IMG/VR virus record: IMGVR_UViG_3300018080_000015
Coordinates: 24,187-88,186 of that record
Strand: one strand, 5' to 3'
Source: a virus
DNA length: 64,000 nucleotides
Numbering within the stretch: position 1 is the first letter of the stretch; each line of letters starts with the position of its first letter. The notes beneath the pieces were generated by a model, which searched no databases, had not been told where the DNA came from, and saw only the letters and a program-made list of their open reading frames with translations. The position numbers were made by a program, and so were the translations under genes. Shown piece after piece: positions 8,738 through 18,546 of the stretch.

Positions 8738-10966
8738 TTACAGTTCGGTGTAGTTCACACCCGTGGAGTCCACGATCAGCAGGAAGTCGATCAGTTTGAC
8801 AGCTCCGACGGGCTTACATCGGAACAGGATGTGAAACTCCCCCGCGTCAACAACATCAGCGGTGTTGATCACGCCATCGGAGATGTTCTTTGCCTCCTGA
8901 TCGCAGTTGATGAAGTATCCTTCGCCCTCTCCGCCCTGGAAGGCCCGGCTCGCGGCGTAGCGGTCTGCTACGGTCTTGATTGCCCGGTACCCCTTGCGCC
9001 ACAGCAGCGTGTCGACCGGGTCGTCGAGTAGGTTGTCAAGGAGCGGCTTGACGTCGCGGCGGAACTGACAGAGGCAGCGCCGCACGTTGAGGAACATGGT
9101 CTTCTTCTGCTCTCGCAGGAGCGTGAGGTTTCCTCGAGCCCTGACGATGCCTTCGGCCTCTTCGAACCAGTTGATGCCCTGCTCGTCCATCGCGTCCTTT
9201 TCGTCGTCGGTGGACTGCACGAGAAGAGACACGGCTCGGGTCTTACCGCGGGCTTTGCCACTGGGAGCGAGCCACGGACCCGGGACGTTGTCGGAGTCGC
9301 CGACTACTAGTGCATCGTTGGTGGCAAGCACACCCGCCATCGCGCCTGAATTTTCGTAGAAGGCGGTCTCCCCCGACGCTGAGAGCTCATCGACGAACTC
9401 GAGCTCGCCCCAGTGCATGCAGGAGAAGCTCGAGTTGATCTCCGTGCCGCCAGCGTAGGCGCCGGTCTGCTTTCGGAAATCCTGGACGTCGGTCGGGCTC
9501 AATCCCGCAGGCACGGACTGGTGAGCGACAAGGTCCTTTGCCGTGGCCCAAGTGTCGAAGAGCCGCTGTTGGGTGTTCGCGGTGAGACCAGGCACGAAGG
9601 CGTCGATGAAATCGATGTTGGAGTTCAGTCCGTAGATGCCGGTCTTGAACGCTTCGACGCCGAGCCGAGTCGTGGCAGTCATGCCGGTCGCACCATCGGC
9701 ACCGCTCGCAAGAACGTAGGAGCCGTTCGCAGGACGGTTGTCGGGCGGTGTGTTGGGGGACGATTCGTCCGTGAAGAGCCAGTGCGCACTCACAAGACCT
9801 TCGACGTCAGTGATCGCGATGTTGTCGTAGGTCTCCGCGAGGATACCCAGAGACGTGTTCGCGCTGATCACCATCTTGAAGAGGTTTGCGTCGGACACGT
9901 CTGAGGCATCCGAGATGGTGATCGTCATCCCGTTGGCCCAGGAGCCCTCCTCTCGAGCGGTCACGGTCAGTGTGTCTTGACCGGCCGCGACGTCGCCTCC
10001 GTACGTACGCCCGGGAGCACCGTCGGTCCATCCCCACTGTGTCACGGGCACCGCGTCACCGTTGAATCCGAGGTACACGGCGGCGCCAGTCGCGTCGGTC
10101 GTGAGCGTGAGCGTGGGAGCCGAGTACGTTGGTGTGAGGCCAGCGATTGGATTCGCAACGAGGTAATCGTACAGATCCTCTGCGCTCACGTTCTTGATGT
10201 TGGGGAAGGTGTTCGGCCCTGCGGAAGCCTGCTCCGTGGTGGAGAAACCGAGGGCGGCGTTGGCAGTGCCGCCAACGACCTGGATGTATGAAGCGCTCCC
10301 TTGAGAATCGCTGATGAGCGTGACCTTCCCCGGGTTCGCCTCGACTGCATTGGCACCAGCCATCCGACCGTCGTTCAGAGCAATGCACACCTCAGCCGCT
10401 GTCGCGTTGGCCGGATCGACGAAGTCCCCCGCCAGGAGATCGACGTACTGAGTTCCACCCTGATCGACTTTGATCTGTAGCGCATAGCCTGCGACGGAGA
10501 AGTCATAAGTTTCTGCTCCAGATTCTACGGTCGCCGCCACGCCGTTGAAATCGACATCTGTCTCGACGCTGTTGACGTCGACAGTCACCTTGTCGCCGTT
10601 GTTGAACGACAGTCCTGTCTCTGCGGTGGTTTGCACGGCACCCGTGGCAGTCGTGCCGTTGTCTTCGATCGTCTTCGAAGCCGGTACAGACGTGCGGGTA
10701 TCGAAATCACCGACGTCTGTCATGTGCACCGACCGGGAGAAGCGAACGCGACAGCCCGCCTCGATGGCGCGGCGCACGAGCGCGACGGTGTTATCGTCGG
10801 CCAGTTCGGTGCCGATGCGGTACTTCATCTCGGGGACCGAACTCAGTAGCACATTTCCGCCGAGAGTGCCTTTCATGGCAGGCCCGGCGAAGGCCACAAT
10901 GGCTCCCTTCGCGAGTCGGATGGAGCTCTGGTCTACTTCGGTGAAACGGGTTTGCGCGCGTGCCAT
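8738..10966 (-). CDS. Contractile tail sheath protein
   Basis: 'AFAGPAMKG', 'GPWLAPSG..RG', 'GINWF...RGNLTL...FLNVRR', 'GEFHILFRCKPVGAVKLI' sheath motifs. Confidence 0.92.
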   Translation of the reverse strand: MARAQTRFTEVDQSSIRLAKGAIVAFAGPAMKGTLGGNVLLSSVPEMKYRIGTELADDNTVALVRRAIEAGCRVRFSRSVHMTDVGDFDTRTSVPASKTIEDNGTTATGAVQTTAETGLSFNNGDKVTVDVNSVETDVDFNGVAATVESGAETYDFSVAGYALQIKVDQGGTQYVDLLAGDFVDPANATAAEVCIALNDGRMAGANAVEANPGKVTLISDSQGSASYIQVVGGTANAALGFSTTEQASAGPNTFPNIKNVSAEDLYDYLVANPIAGLTPTYSAPTLTLTTDATGAAVYLGFNGDAVPVTQWGWTDGAPGRTYGGDVAAGQDTLTVTAREEGSWANGMTITISDASDVSDANLFKMVISANTSLGILAETYDNIAITDVEGLVSAHWLFTDESSPNTPPDNRPANGSYVLASGADGATGMTATTRLGVEAFKTGIYGLNSNIDFIDAFVPGLTANTQQRLFDTWATAKDLVAHQSVPAGLSPTDVQDFRKQTGAYAGGTEINSSFSCMHWGELEFVDELSASGETAFYENSGAMAGVLATNDALVVGDSDNVPGPWLAPSGKARGKTRAVSLLVQSTDDEKDAMDEQGINWFEEAEGIVRARGNLTLLREQKKTMFLNVRRCLCQFRRDVKPLLDNLLDDPVDTLLWRKGYRAIKTVADRYAASRAFQGGEGEGYFINCDQEAKNISDGVINTADVVDAGEFHILFRCKPVGAVKLIDFLLIVDSTGVNYTEL

Positions 10967-11039
10967 CTGTCAAACTCCTCGTGTCCAGACTCTATCAGGC
11001 GGACCCAGTGTACTGTTTTTTGTTGTCTGAGGCGAGAGC

Positions 11040-11471
11040 TCACGCACGAAACCCGGCAGCGCGAAAGCGTGCGGGGAGCGTGGGTAGTAGTCGCCTGAAT
11101 GCTGTGTCGATGTGGGGTCGTGGAGGCATGCGCGCTGTCCCGTATCGCAGCCACCGGTAAATCGTGTCCCAGGGTACGCCCGACGGGCCGTGTGTTCCGC
11201 TCGGGGGCAGTCCGGCGTAGTTGTGTGAGAACTCGCCTCCTGCCTTTCTCCCTTGAAAGCGCCCAAAGTGCTCAACGTACTGGGTGGTATCAACGAGGGT
11301 TATCCCCGCCTTCTTGGACGGAGGCTGTATCTCGTTGGCCATTACCTCTCGCTTGGCCTCCGCGACGACGTCGTCGAGGAACTGGTTCGTCACCTCGAGC
11401 AAGCGCTGATATGCTCTGCCCTCGAGCGACTCGAGCCAAGCCATAGCGGCATCCCAGTCACCAGTGAGCAT
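11040..11471 (-). CDS. Neck/tail completion protein (HK97 gp10 / virion morphogenesis-like)
   Basis: 'TLVDT', 'WLRYGTARMPPRPHI' motifs. Confidence 0.7.
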   Translation of the reverse strand: MLTGDWDAAMAWLESLEGRAYQRLLEVTNQFLDDVVAEAKREVMANEIQPPSKKAGITLVDTTQYVEHFGRFQGRKAGGEFSHNYAGLPPSGTHGPSGVPWDTIYRWLRYGTARMPPRPHIDTAFRRLLPTLPARFRAAGFRA

Positions 11472-11480
11472 GGGCTCCTC

Positions 11481-12224
11481 TTACGAGAGCTTGTTGTACC
11501 CCAGAGACCAACCGTCGCCGTCCCACTCGACGTTGGCCTCACCGTAATCAGCGTCGATTGCGATGGAGTCGTTGCCGTCGATCTGCCCGCCCTCGACAGC
11601 AGACGCGGTGAGCACTGCGGAGACCGCAAGATCTCCCGTCCCAACCAGTTCGATCTCGACGTCTTCGTAGGTGAACTCCTCACCGTAGTTGTCGCCTGTG
11701 AAGGTGGTGTCCGGTGCGGTACCGGCAACCGTGATGTCCTCCGCTGCGAGCGCTGCGATGGCGGCGGTCTCAAAGTCGTCGACCTCGTCGTTCAGCGTGG
11801 TGCTGGTGCACACGAGCTCTATATCGACGCCGTTGATCGTCGCTTTCATCTTGTCTCCGACTTCTGGTGTGCCGGAGAAGGTGAGGGTCAGAAGCTGCTT
11901 GCGCTGCCCGATGATGGAGATGTTGTTGGTGTCAGCGTCGCCCTTCTTGTCCTTGATGCGGTGACGCTGACCTTTCCCGGCACTGGCCGGAAGCTGCACC
12001 TCGGTGGCCGCTCCGACGGCTCTGTTCGCGTAGAAGGTCTCGTCGTAGGCGTTGAGTGCGAAAGCGGCTTCTGCGCCGGCTTCCTCGCGGATGTTGCCGC
12101 GCAGGATCGCTCCACCCTCTCGATGGTTGTCCGTGTCGAAGAACGGCGCAATGACACTGACGCCTTCCTCGTAGTTCATGTCGGACAGTCCGTCCGTGGT
12201 GCCGTGCTTGTTGATGACCGTCAT
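11481..12224 (-). CDS. Putative virion structural protein
   Basis: 'VQLPASAGKGQRHRIKDKKGDADTNNISI' beta-rich motif seen in phage structural proteins; position. Confidence 0.55.
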   Translation of the reverse strand: MTVINKHGTTDGLSDMNYEEGVSVIAPFFDTDNHREGGAILRGNIREEAGAEAAFALNAYDETFYANRAVGAATEVQLPASAGKGQRHRIKDKKGDADTNNISIIGQRKQLLTLTFSGTPEVGDKMKATINGVDIELVCTSTTLNDEVDDFETAAIAALAAEDITVAGTAPDTTFTGDNYGEEFTYEDVEIELVGTGDLAVSAVLTASAVEGGQIDGNDSIAIDADYGEANVEWDGDGWSLGYNKLS

Positions 12225-12369
12225 TGCTGGTTTCCTCCGCTCTTGGTTTTTTCAGGCGCTCTGACCTTCTTTGACCCGATTCGCTCGAACTTTAGAATCG
12301 CAGATTCCAAGAGCTCTCTTTCGGTGCGGGTGTCTTCCGGCTCAGGCTGCGCCGCAGTTGCGCTCATGC

Positions 12370-12681
12370 TCATACCTTCAACAGCGCCACTATGATTGAA
12401 GCAAGCGCAGCGATCAAGGCTACTATGATGCCTCCAGCGACGGCTATTTTCTGTGTTCGTGTTTCTTGTTCTTTCTTCTCCTGCTTCTCTCGCCACATCT
12501 TGAGGGAGACGATTGATGCCTCGGCTGTGCCTACGCGACCCTCAAGCTTCAGCAGTGCAATGGCGACGTCCCGGTGTCCGTCGGCAATCACTTCTATTTC
12601 CTGATCGCGTTTTTCGCACGGGATAGCATCGAGCTTCGTCTCGATCCGAACCAGTCTGGATTTTATGTCCTCTTCGTTCAT
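12370..12681 (-). CDS. Coiled-coil protein with C-terminal transmembrane helix (holin-like)
   Basis: Coiled coil followed by hydrophobic IAVAGGIIVALIAALASIIVALL. Confidence 0.55.
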   Translation of the reverse strand: MNEEDIKSRLVRIETKLDAIPCEKRDQEIEVIADGHRDVAIALLKLEGRVGTAEASIVSLKMWREKQEKKEQETRTQKIAVAGGIIVALIAALASIIVALLKV

Positions 12682-13040
12682 TTTGAGGCTGTACTCTGTA
12701 GCTGGATTACAAACGGCGAAATCAGCATCCGCCAGTCCTCAGTGGGCGGCTTGATCAGTACGTCTCCAACATAATCTCCGACGGCGATTGTTAGCTCTGC
12801 CGCCGTGAACGTGATCCGGGCCTTTCCGGGGTCAGTGCCCTGATCCAGCAGCTCGATTCCCGAGCCGACGGTCTTTTCCCATAGAAGCGTGTCGTCGTCC
12901 CCAGTACCGTCTCTGGCTGTGTGCTTGAGATCATAACCGGTCAACACCTGCAGCGCTCCGGCTGGGTCTCGAGCAGTGATGATGTAGTGGCCTTCGACGT
13001 TCTGATGGAGCTCAACGACGTCGCCGCAGCAATCCGACAT
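12678..13040 (-). CDS. BppU-like Ig-fold virion protein
   Basis: 'LTGYDLKHTAR...EKTVGSGIELLD...GKARITFTAAEL...GDYVGDV' resembles BppU N-terminal domains. Confidence 0.55.
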   Translation of the reverse strand: MSDCCGDVVELHQNVEGHYIITARDPAGALQVLTGYDLKHTARDGTGDDDTLLWEKTVGSGIELLDQGTDPGKARITFTAAELTIAVGDYVGDVLIKPPTEDWRMLISPFVIQLQSTASK

Positions 13041-13041
13041 T

Positions 13042-13353
13042 TCAGTCCTCCCCGCACGGAGTGAGAGCGCCCGAGAATCTTTCAGTCTCAAAAGAGCCGG
13101 AGAAGCGCTCGGCGCTCAGTGCTCCGTCATAGCCCTCTTGCTCTAGTGTAGCGGAGAAGTTTTCAGCTGCACATATGCCGGAATAGGCCTCGCGCGAAAG
13201 AGTACCAACCAGGCATTCCGGGACCGGATCGAGCGTGTTGATCCACGTCCACAGGAGCTGATCCCGTCGAGATTCCTCCAGCACCAGCCGAGAGCCTGGT
13301 GTGGGCTTGCTCAGCGGAATCAGGTTGGTCTGTACACCCTGATTGATGATCAT
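13042..13353 (-). CDS. Hypothetical protein
   Basis: ORF abutting or overlapping both neighbours. Confidence 0.5.
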   Translation of the reverse strand: MIINQGVQTNLIPLSKPTPGSRLVLEESRRDQLLWTWINTLDPVPECLVGTLSREAYSGICAAENFSATLEQEGYDGALSAERFSGSFETERFSGALTPCGED

Positions 13354-15542
13354 ACGACTTCAGGCACGGAGAGCCCGGTGGCTCCTACGTAAGTGTCTGG
13401 TCCGTTGGTGACGGTGGCGACCACGATGAGGAGTGTCCCCTCTTCAGGAAGCACGTCTATATGGTCGATGTACACGTCCCAGTACCCTTGCGCGTTCGGC
13501 GAGAGCCCGGAGACGGAGTGCACCACAGAGCCGTTCAGCAGTACGGAGAGGGCGAGCGTCGCCCCGGGCATCGGAGTGAACTGTCTTTCGAGCTCGACGC
13601 GTACAGCTCCGTACAGGCCTGCTGGTGCGGACGTTTTATCCACCCAGCTTTGAACCACCTGCTGCAAAGAGCCTTGCCAATCTCCAGAGCCGTGAGCAGC
13701 GGAGAGCTCCGTGTCCACGTCGGTCGGAGTATGACTCGACCGACTGGACACTGCGGTGTCGAGGTAATCCAGGAGCGCAGCTCGGATGCTTGTAAGGCCT
13801 TGAGCATCGAGGACTGCAGTGATATCAGCGCTCGAGAGATCGTTGAGCGCTGCGACGGCCGCGATGACTGCAGCGACTGCAGCTTGCGTAGTGCTGTGTG
13901 CTGCCTGCTGGAGCGATTCGTCCGCGGGATCTGAGGGGAGTCGCCCGTCAATCGCCGCAGTGTCCGTGAGGATATCGTCGAGCCGGTTTTGTGCCTCACC
14001 AGCACTATCCGGATCGGTGTGCGTGGTGATGTCCTCGTCCCAGACGGCCGATGCGATTGCAGCCGCCCCGCCAGCACCCTCCCAGCTCCCCGACCCGTGT
14101 TCAATCGAGAGCAAGATGTCCACGTCTGTCTGGCTGTGCGAGCTGCGACTACTGACCGCGGCGTCCAGAAAGTCGAGTAGCGCTGCTCGCACAGCGGTGT
14201 ATCCCTGAGCTGTCAGCGCCGCCTGGACGTCGGCTGAGCTCAGGTCGTTCAATGCGTTGATCGCTGCAACAGTCGCAGCATGCAGGGCAGCCAAATCGCT
14301 CTGATCGGCCGGATCGGCCGGCAGCCTCGAGTCGATCGCATCGGTATCTGCAAGGACATCCTGTAAGTCCCCTCCACCAGCAGGAGAGGCTTGAGATCCA
14401 ACGACTCCAAGCGCCCCGCGAATCTGTTCGCGCTCTGCACTCGTCCAGTCCTGTGCACTTGTACCTTCCCATGAACCACCCCCATGCGACGCTGAAAGTT
14501 CGGTGTCGACGTCGGCAGCTGAGTGACTAGAGCGGGAGCTAATCGCCGCGTCGAGAAAATCCAACAGGGCGGCTCGAACCGATGTGTAGCCTTGAGCCGT
14601 CATGGCGGACTGCACGTCCGCTTGAGACAAATCGTTGAGAGCAGCTATCGCTGCCTGCGTCGCCGCATGGGCCGCCTGCTGCAGAGACTCATCCGCAGGA
14701 TCCGAAGGCAGCCTCGTATCGATAGCGTCTGTGTCCGCCAGAATTGCCGCGATATCCGCCCCGTCGAACGGCGTCGAATCTGAGAGGATGGCATCTCGTA
14801 CGTCCGCAGCAGAATGAGAAGACCTGGAGGAGACGGTTGCGTCGAGGTTGTCGATCAGTGCTGCGCGGGCGACCGAGTAGCCTTGAGACGTCATCGCCGC
14901 TTGCACGTCCGCCTGTGAGAGATCGCTGAGCGCGGCAATGTCCGCAACGACAGACGAAATCGCGGCGTCCAAGTTGTCGAGTAGGGCCGCTCGAACAGTT
15001 GTGTATCCTTGGGCAGTAAGCGCGGACTGCACGTCTGCCTGAGAGAGGTTGTTCAAAGCGGCGATATCGGCCTGTGTTTGAGCATGCGCCGCTTGTTGGA
15101 GAGACTCGTCAGCAGGATCGGTCGGAAGACGGCTGTCGATGGCATCCGTATCCGCAAGAACAGCGTCGAGGTCTGCCGGCATGTTCGCCGCCGCGAGCTC
15201 ATCCAGGTATCCAGCCCGTGCGGCCGTGTACCCCGCAGCGCTCATCTCTTCGGCTACGGTAGACGCTACAAACAGGTCTGTGGCGCGCATGTGGTCGGGG
15301 CTTTCGGTCGTGTGCCCGCTGTCTGTATAGACGATGTACACCCCCACCACGTAATCCAGTGAGGGCATTGCATAGCCATCGTCGACGTAGAGGCCGTTTG
15401 CGACGTGAGACAGATCGCGCGTCGTGATGAGCGTGCCACTCGGATTGTAGAGCTCGCACTGCGGGTACATGCCCGTATCTCCGTCTTCGAGCTGGAGAGT
15501 AAGCGGAAGGTTGTCCCCGACTTGAAAGCGCACGTTGGGCAT
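13350..15542 (-). CDS. Repeat-rich fibre-like structural protein
   Basis: 730 aa with about four copies of 'LADTDAIDSRLPxDPADESLQQAAH...LNDLSQADVQ.ALTAQGYT.VRAALLD.LDAA.SSRSSH'. Confidence 0.7.
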   Translation of the reverse strand: MPNVRFQVGDNLPLTLQLEDGDTGMYPQCELYNPSGTLITTRDLSHVANGLYVDDGYAMPSLDYVVGVYIVYTDSGHTTESPDHMRATDLFVASTVAEEMSAAGYTAARAGYLDELAAANMPADLDAVLADTDAIDSRLPTDPADESLQQAAHAQTQADIAALNNLSQADVQSALTAQGYTTVRAALLDNLDAAISSVVADIAALSDLSQADVQAAMTSQGYSVARAALIDNLDATVSSRSSHSAADVRDAILSDSTPFDGADIAAILADTDAIDTRLPSDPADESLQQAAHAATQAAIAALNDLSQADVQSAMTAQGYTSVRAALLDFLDAAISSRSSHSAADVDTELSASHGGGSWEGTSAQDWTSAEREQIRGALGVVGSQASPAGGGDLQDVLADTDAIDSRLPADPADQSDLAALHAATVAAINALNDLSSADVQAALTAQGYTAVRAALLDFLDAAVSSRSSHSQTDVDILLSIEHGSGSWEGAGGAAAIASAVWDEDITTHTDPDSAGEAQNRLDDILTDTAAIDGRLPSDPADESLQQAAHSTTQAAVAAVIAAVAALNDLSSADITAVLDAQGLTSIRAALLDYLDTAVSSRSSHTPTDVDTELSAAHGSGDWQGSLQQVVQSWVDKTSAPAGLYGAVRVELERQFTPMPGATLALSVLLNGSVVHSVSGLSPNAQGYWDVYIDHIDVLPEEGTLLIVVATVTNGPDTYVGATGLSVPEVV

Positions 15543-15551
15543 GACTGTCTC

Positions 15552-15938
15552 TTACGGGTCGTAGGTGTCGATCTCCCCAGGCGGGATGAGGCCGACCGAA
15601 GAAAGGTACACGTACAGGGAAATCTCGATGTCCTCGAAGTAGTTGCTGTCGGGATCGATATCCGCTTTGAGCCACAGCCAGTAGTCCCCCGTCTCGGGAG
15701 TGCTATCTGAGAACTCAACGTGGATACCCGGCACTCCAGGCACCTCACAGGGGATCCCGTTGAAAAAGGCGCAGTACGCGAACCACGCTTCGAATTTACC
15801 CTCTTTGTTGAGGTAGGCTCTGGCGTGCTCGTGGCTGTGCTTGCACAGCTTCAGATGAGTGAGTGGGATGCCGGGGTCGACGCCTCCCGGCCACTCCGCG
15901 TCGATGGGCGTGTCGAGCTCCCAGATTTTCTGAGACAT
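15552..15938 (-). CDS. Hypothetical protein
   Basis: GGAGG-preceded ATG at 15938; overlaps the end of the glycosyltransferase gene. Confidence 0.55.
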   Translation of the reverse strand: MSQKIWELDTPIDAEWPGGVDPGIPLTHLKLCKHSHEHARAYLNKEGKFEAWFAYCAFFNGIPCEVPGVPGIHVEFSDSTPETGDYWLWLKADIDPDSNYFEDIEISLYVYLSSVGLIPPGEIDTYDP

Positions 15939-17122
15939 GCCTCGTATACCTCCAATGTCTGAGCTGCAGGACTGTCCCAAGAGTAGCGCTTTGCGGTCTC
16001 GAGCGCACGATCTACTCGACTCTGATCGGGCATCCAAGCTCGCAGGGCAGAAACCAGACCACCGACCGTCGGCTCGATGATAACGGCGTTGGTGTCATTG
16101 CAGAAAGAACCGAGACCGCCGACGCCCGTTGTGATCAGTGGCACAGAAGCTGCCATCCATTCGAGCGCCACGATACCAAAGGGCTCGTGCAGCGAGGGCA
16201 CGAGGCCGACCGTAGCCGATTTCAGTCGCGCCCACTTGGGGAGGCCAAAGTCCTCTTCGCGCGACCAGGTGACGTTGGGGGTTGCCGCAATGAGCCCATC
16301 CATGATAGGCACCATCTCCTCCAGCGAGGGCGAGATAGCCGCTTGGATGAGGAAGTCCCACTCTGGGAGCTCTTTTGCGGCATCAACGACCAGCTGCAGA
16401 CCCTTCGAGGGAACCAACCTACCGACGAAGGCAGCCAGAGGTCTGTCTGACTCTCGCCGTTCGGGCTTGACGGCCGCGAAAGCCTCCCAGTCCACCCCGT
16501 TTGGGATGACGCGAATCTTTTCGGGGGGAACCAGAAATGTCTCTTCGAGCATCTTCCGATAGGAAGGGCTTACAGCAATCACCCTGTTGGCTGTGTGGTA
16601 CGCGTGAAGTTCCGTCTCGCAGCCCCACTCATAGTTCGGAAGGCTATCCGGGTGCACCGACGTGTGACTGAGATGTGACGTCACAACGAGATGGGCTCGG
16701 TGCGCGAGACAGGCCACCTTGGCGACGGGCAAGAGATGGGTCTCGTGCATGTGAACCAGATCGAAGTGCTCGTGCGCGAAGAAGTGAGCCCAATTGCAGA
16801 CGAAGTTTTCGAACTTCACCACCTCGTGAGCCATGCCCTTGACCAGGTCCATGTTGTGCTCGTTGAGGTTTCGGATGTGAAGCAGCCGATAAGAACCGGT
16901 AGGAGCTCCGGCCCGCCACTCCGGCTCTGATACCTCCCGCGGCACCCCATCTTCGACGATCAACAGTCGCTGGTACTGGTCCTTGCCGATGCCCATCAGC
17001 GTGAGGTCGACGTGCTCGCACAGACGGCTGGCGATGGACAACACGTGTACTCCAAGACCTCCCTGTGGTTCGAAGGGACTCTCAAACAGCAGCATCAAGA
17101 CTCTAGGGCGTTCGCCAGACAC
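15851..17122 (-). CDS. Glycosyltransferase family 4 (GT-B)
   Basis: 'GGLGVHV', 'FDLVHMHE', 'VIPNGVD', 'FVGRLVPSKG', 'PSLHEPFGIVALEWMA...GVGGL'. Confidence 0.92.
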   Translation of the reverse strand: MSGERPRVLMLLFESPFEPQGGLGVHVLSIASRLCEHVDLTLMGIGKDQYQRLLIVEDGVPREVSEPEWRAGAPTGSYRLLHIRNLNEHNMDLVKGMAHEVVKFENFVCNWAHFFAHEHFDLVHMHETHLLPVAKVACLAHRAHLVVTSHLSHTSVHPDSLPNYEWGCETELHAYHTANRVIAVSPSYRKMLEETFLVPPEKIRVIPNGVDWEAFAAVKPERRESDRPLAAFVGRLVPSKGLQLVVDAAKELPEWDFLIQAAISPSLEEMVPIMDGLIAATPNVTWSREEDFGLPKWARLKSATVGLVPSLHEPFGIVALEWMAASVPLITTGVGGLGSFCNDTNAVIIEPTVGGLVSALRAWMPDQSRVDRALETAKRYSWDSPAAQTLEVYEACLRKSGSSTRPSTRSGREASTPASHSLI

Positions 17123-17612
17123 GGTACTCCACCTCCAGATCGACCCGAGCGGTGATGCCAGCACTCGGGTGCGTGTTCTTCATCTCAACCTTCAGGGTGT
17201 CCCCATCGATCCACGCACGGTTGATGAAGGTCCAGTAGTTCCCCGTTCCGGAGCCGGCCCCAAAGTTGAACGACGACAGCTTCCCATCGTCGGAGTACGA
17301 CCACCACTGCGTCCAGAAGTCGTAGCAGGTGTAGGCGATACCGCTGGGGTACCCCGGGATCGTCGTGTACTTGTCGTCGACAGACTGCGCCACGGAATCG
17401 GCGTCGCTCCGGGTTGCCAGGATAGCTGCTCCAATCCGCCGATGGTTCGGGGCAGCGTTGGGGATCCCCAAAAAGACAAGTGCGACGTCGTAGTCGTCTC
17501 GGTCGAGCTGAATCTCTACCGTGTACGTTCCACCAGCTCCCGAACACACTTCGTTGGAAACGCTCGCGCGGCCGCGTCTGAATCCGAACGGTAGGAGCCG
17601 GGAGAAGGCCAT
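17103..17612 (-). CDS. Hypothetical virion protein, paralog 2
   Basis: Colinear similarity to 17614-18114. Confidence 0.65.
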   Translation of the reverse strand: MAFSRLLPFGFRRGRASVSNEVCSGAGGTYTVEIQLDRDDYDVALVFLGIPNAAPNHRRIGAAILATRSDADSVAQSVDDKYTTIPGYPSGIAYTCYDFWTQWWSYSDDGKLSSFNFGAGSGTGNYWTFINRAWIDGDTLKVEMKNTHPSAGITARVDLEVEYRVWRTP

Positions 17613-17613
17613 G

Positions 17614-18114
17614 TCAGCTCCTCCAGACGCGCCATTCGGCCTCGAAGATCAGGTTGGCTGCGACGGTCGCGTGGCTGTTTGAAAAGGTGATCTCCAGGTT
17701 GGAGCCGTTGATGCGGCACGAGTCGATCCTAACTGGCGTGGCCGTGCCGCCCCCGCCGCCCCCGAAGTACCGCTCAGAAAGAAACGCGTCGTCCGAGTAG
17801 GAATACCAACTGTGCCGCCACACGGTGACGGTGTACGGAAGGCCACTGGGGTAGGATGGGATCGTGGTCCAGGCGAGTTTGGTTGCCTGACTCACCGCGT
17901 CGTCCGCGTCGTCCGTGAACAGGATTCCTGCGGTCACTCGTCGACGGCTAGTCAGAGACACTGTGTTCGGGAGGCCGAGAAACAGCATCCCGATGTTGTA
18001 GTCGCTACGGTCGAGCGAGACCTGGATGGTTTTGGTGCCTGCGGCCGGAATACTGTCCGAGATGGACGCGCGCCCACGTTGGAATGACAGTGCTTGGTAT
18101 TCCGACTTTGCCAT
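17614..18114 (-). CDS. Hypothetical virion protein, paralog 1
   Basis: Shares RGRAS, LDRxDY, FLGxPN, TTIPxYPSG, SYSDD and RVWR with 17103-17612. Confidence 0.65.
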   Translation of the reverse strand: MAKSEYQALSFQRGRASISDSIPAAGTKTIQVSLDRSDYNIGMLFLGLPNTVSLTSRRRVTAGILFTDDADDAVSQATKLAWTTIPSYPSGLPYTVTVWRHSWYSYSDDAFLSERYFGGGGGGTATPVRIDSCRINGSNLEITFSNSHATVAANLIFEAEWRVWRS

Positions 18115-18452
18115 CAGCCATTGATGATGTTGCGGAGCTTGTTTCTGCAGTTCTCGAGGGGATCGAGACAGCGGTGCACGCCCGCCACAAGGGCCTCTTG
18201 GATGTCCCCCACGGCGTCACTGTACTTGTACTTGCCGTGAGTCTTCTTCCTGAAAACCCCCCTGTAACTCCACGTCTCGTTTTCGGCATCCCAGATCGCT
18301 CGTACGCCCACGATCCCCAGTTTGGTCTTGGACAACACGAGCACATCGTCTGAGCCGCGCTTGGGAAGAGACACGGTCTTCTTCCCAGGCAACTGCCCGC
18401 CGAAGACGTTGAGGATTGCCGCGGACACTGCGATCTGTTCTGGGCTGAACAT
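18114..18452 (-). CDS. Hypothetical protein
   Basis: ORF coupled to the downstream gene. Confidence 0.55.
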   Translation of the reverse strand: MFSPEQIAVSAAILNVFGGQLPGKKTVSLPKRGSDDVLVLSKTKLGIVGVRAIWDAENETWSYRGVFRKKTHGKYKYSDAVGDIQEALVAGVHRCLDPLENCRNKLRNIING

Positions 18453-18546
18453 AGACGCCTCGGATCGATTGATCTGGTGAACCTCGAGGTCTTCTGGATC
18501 AGTTGGTGTGCTCCGAGCTCGAGCTCGGACAGATCAAACGATCTGC

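Noticed and set aside
11253-12395. Long plus-strand ORFs (also 22407-23489, 29645-31195, 32976-34157)
   Set aside because: Antisense shadows of GC-rich minus-strand genes with no recognisable motifs
17103-18114. Diversity-generating retroelement template/variable pair
   Set aside because: Similarity is at protein level across whole genes, not adenine-specific, and no reverse transcriptase is present in the window
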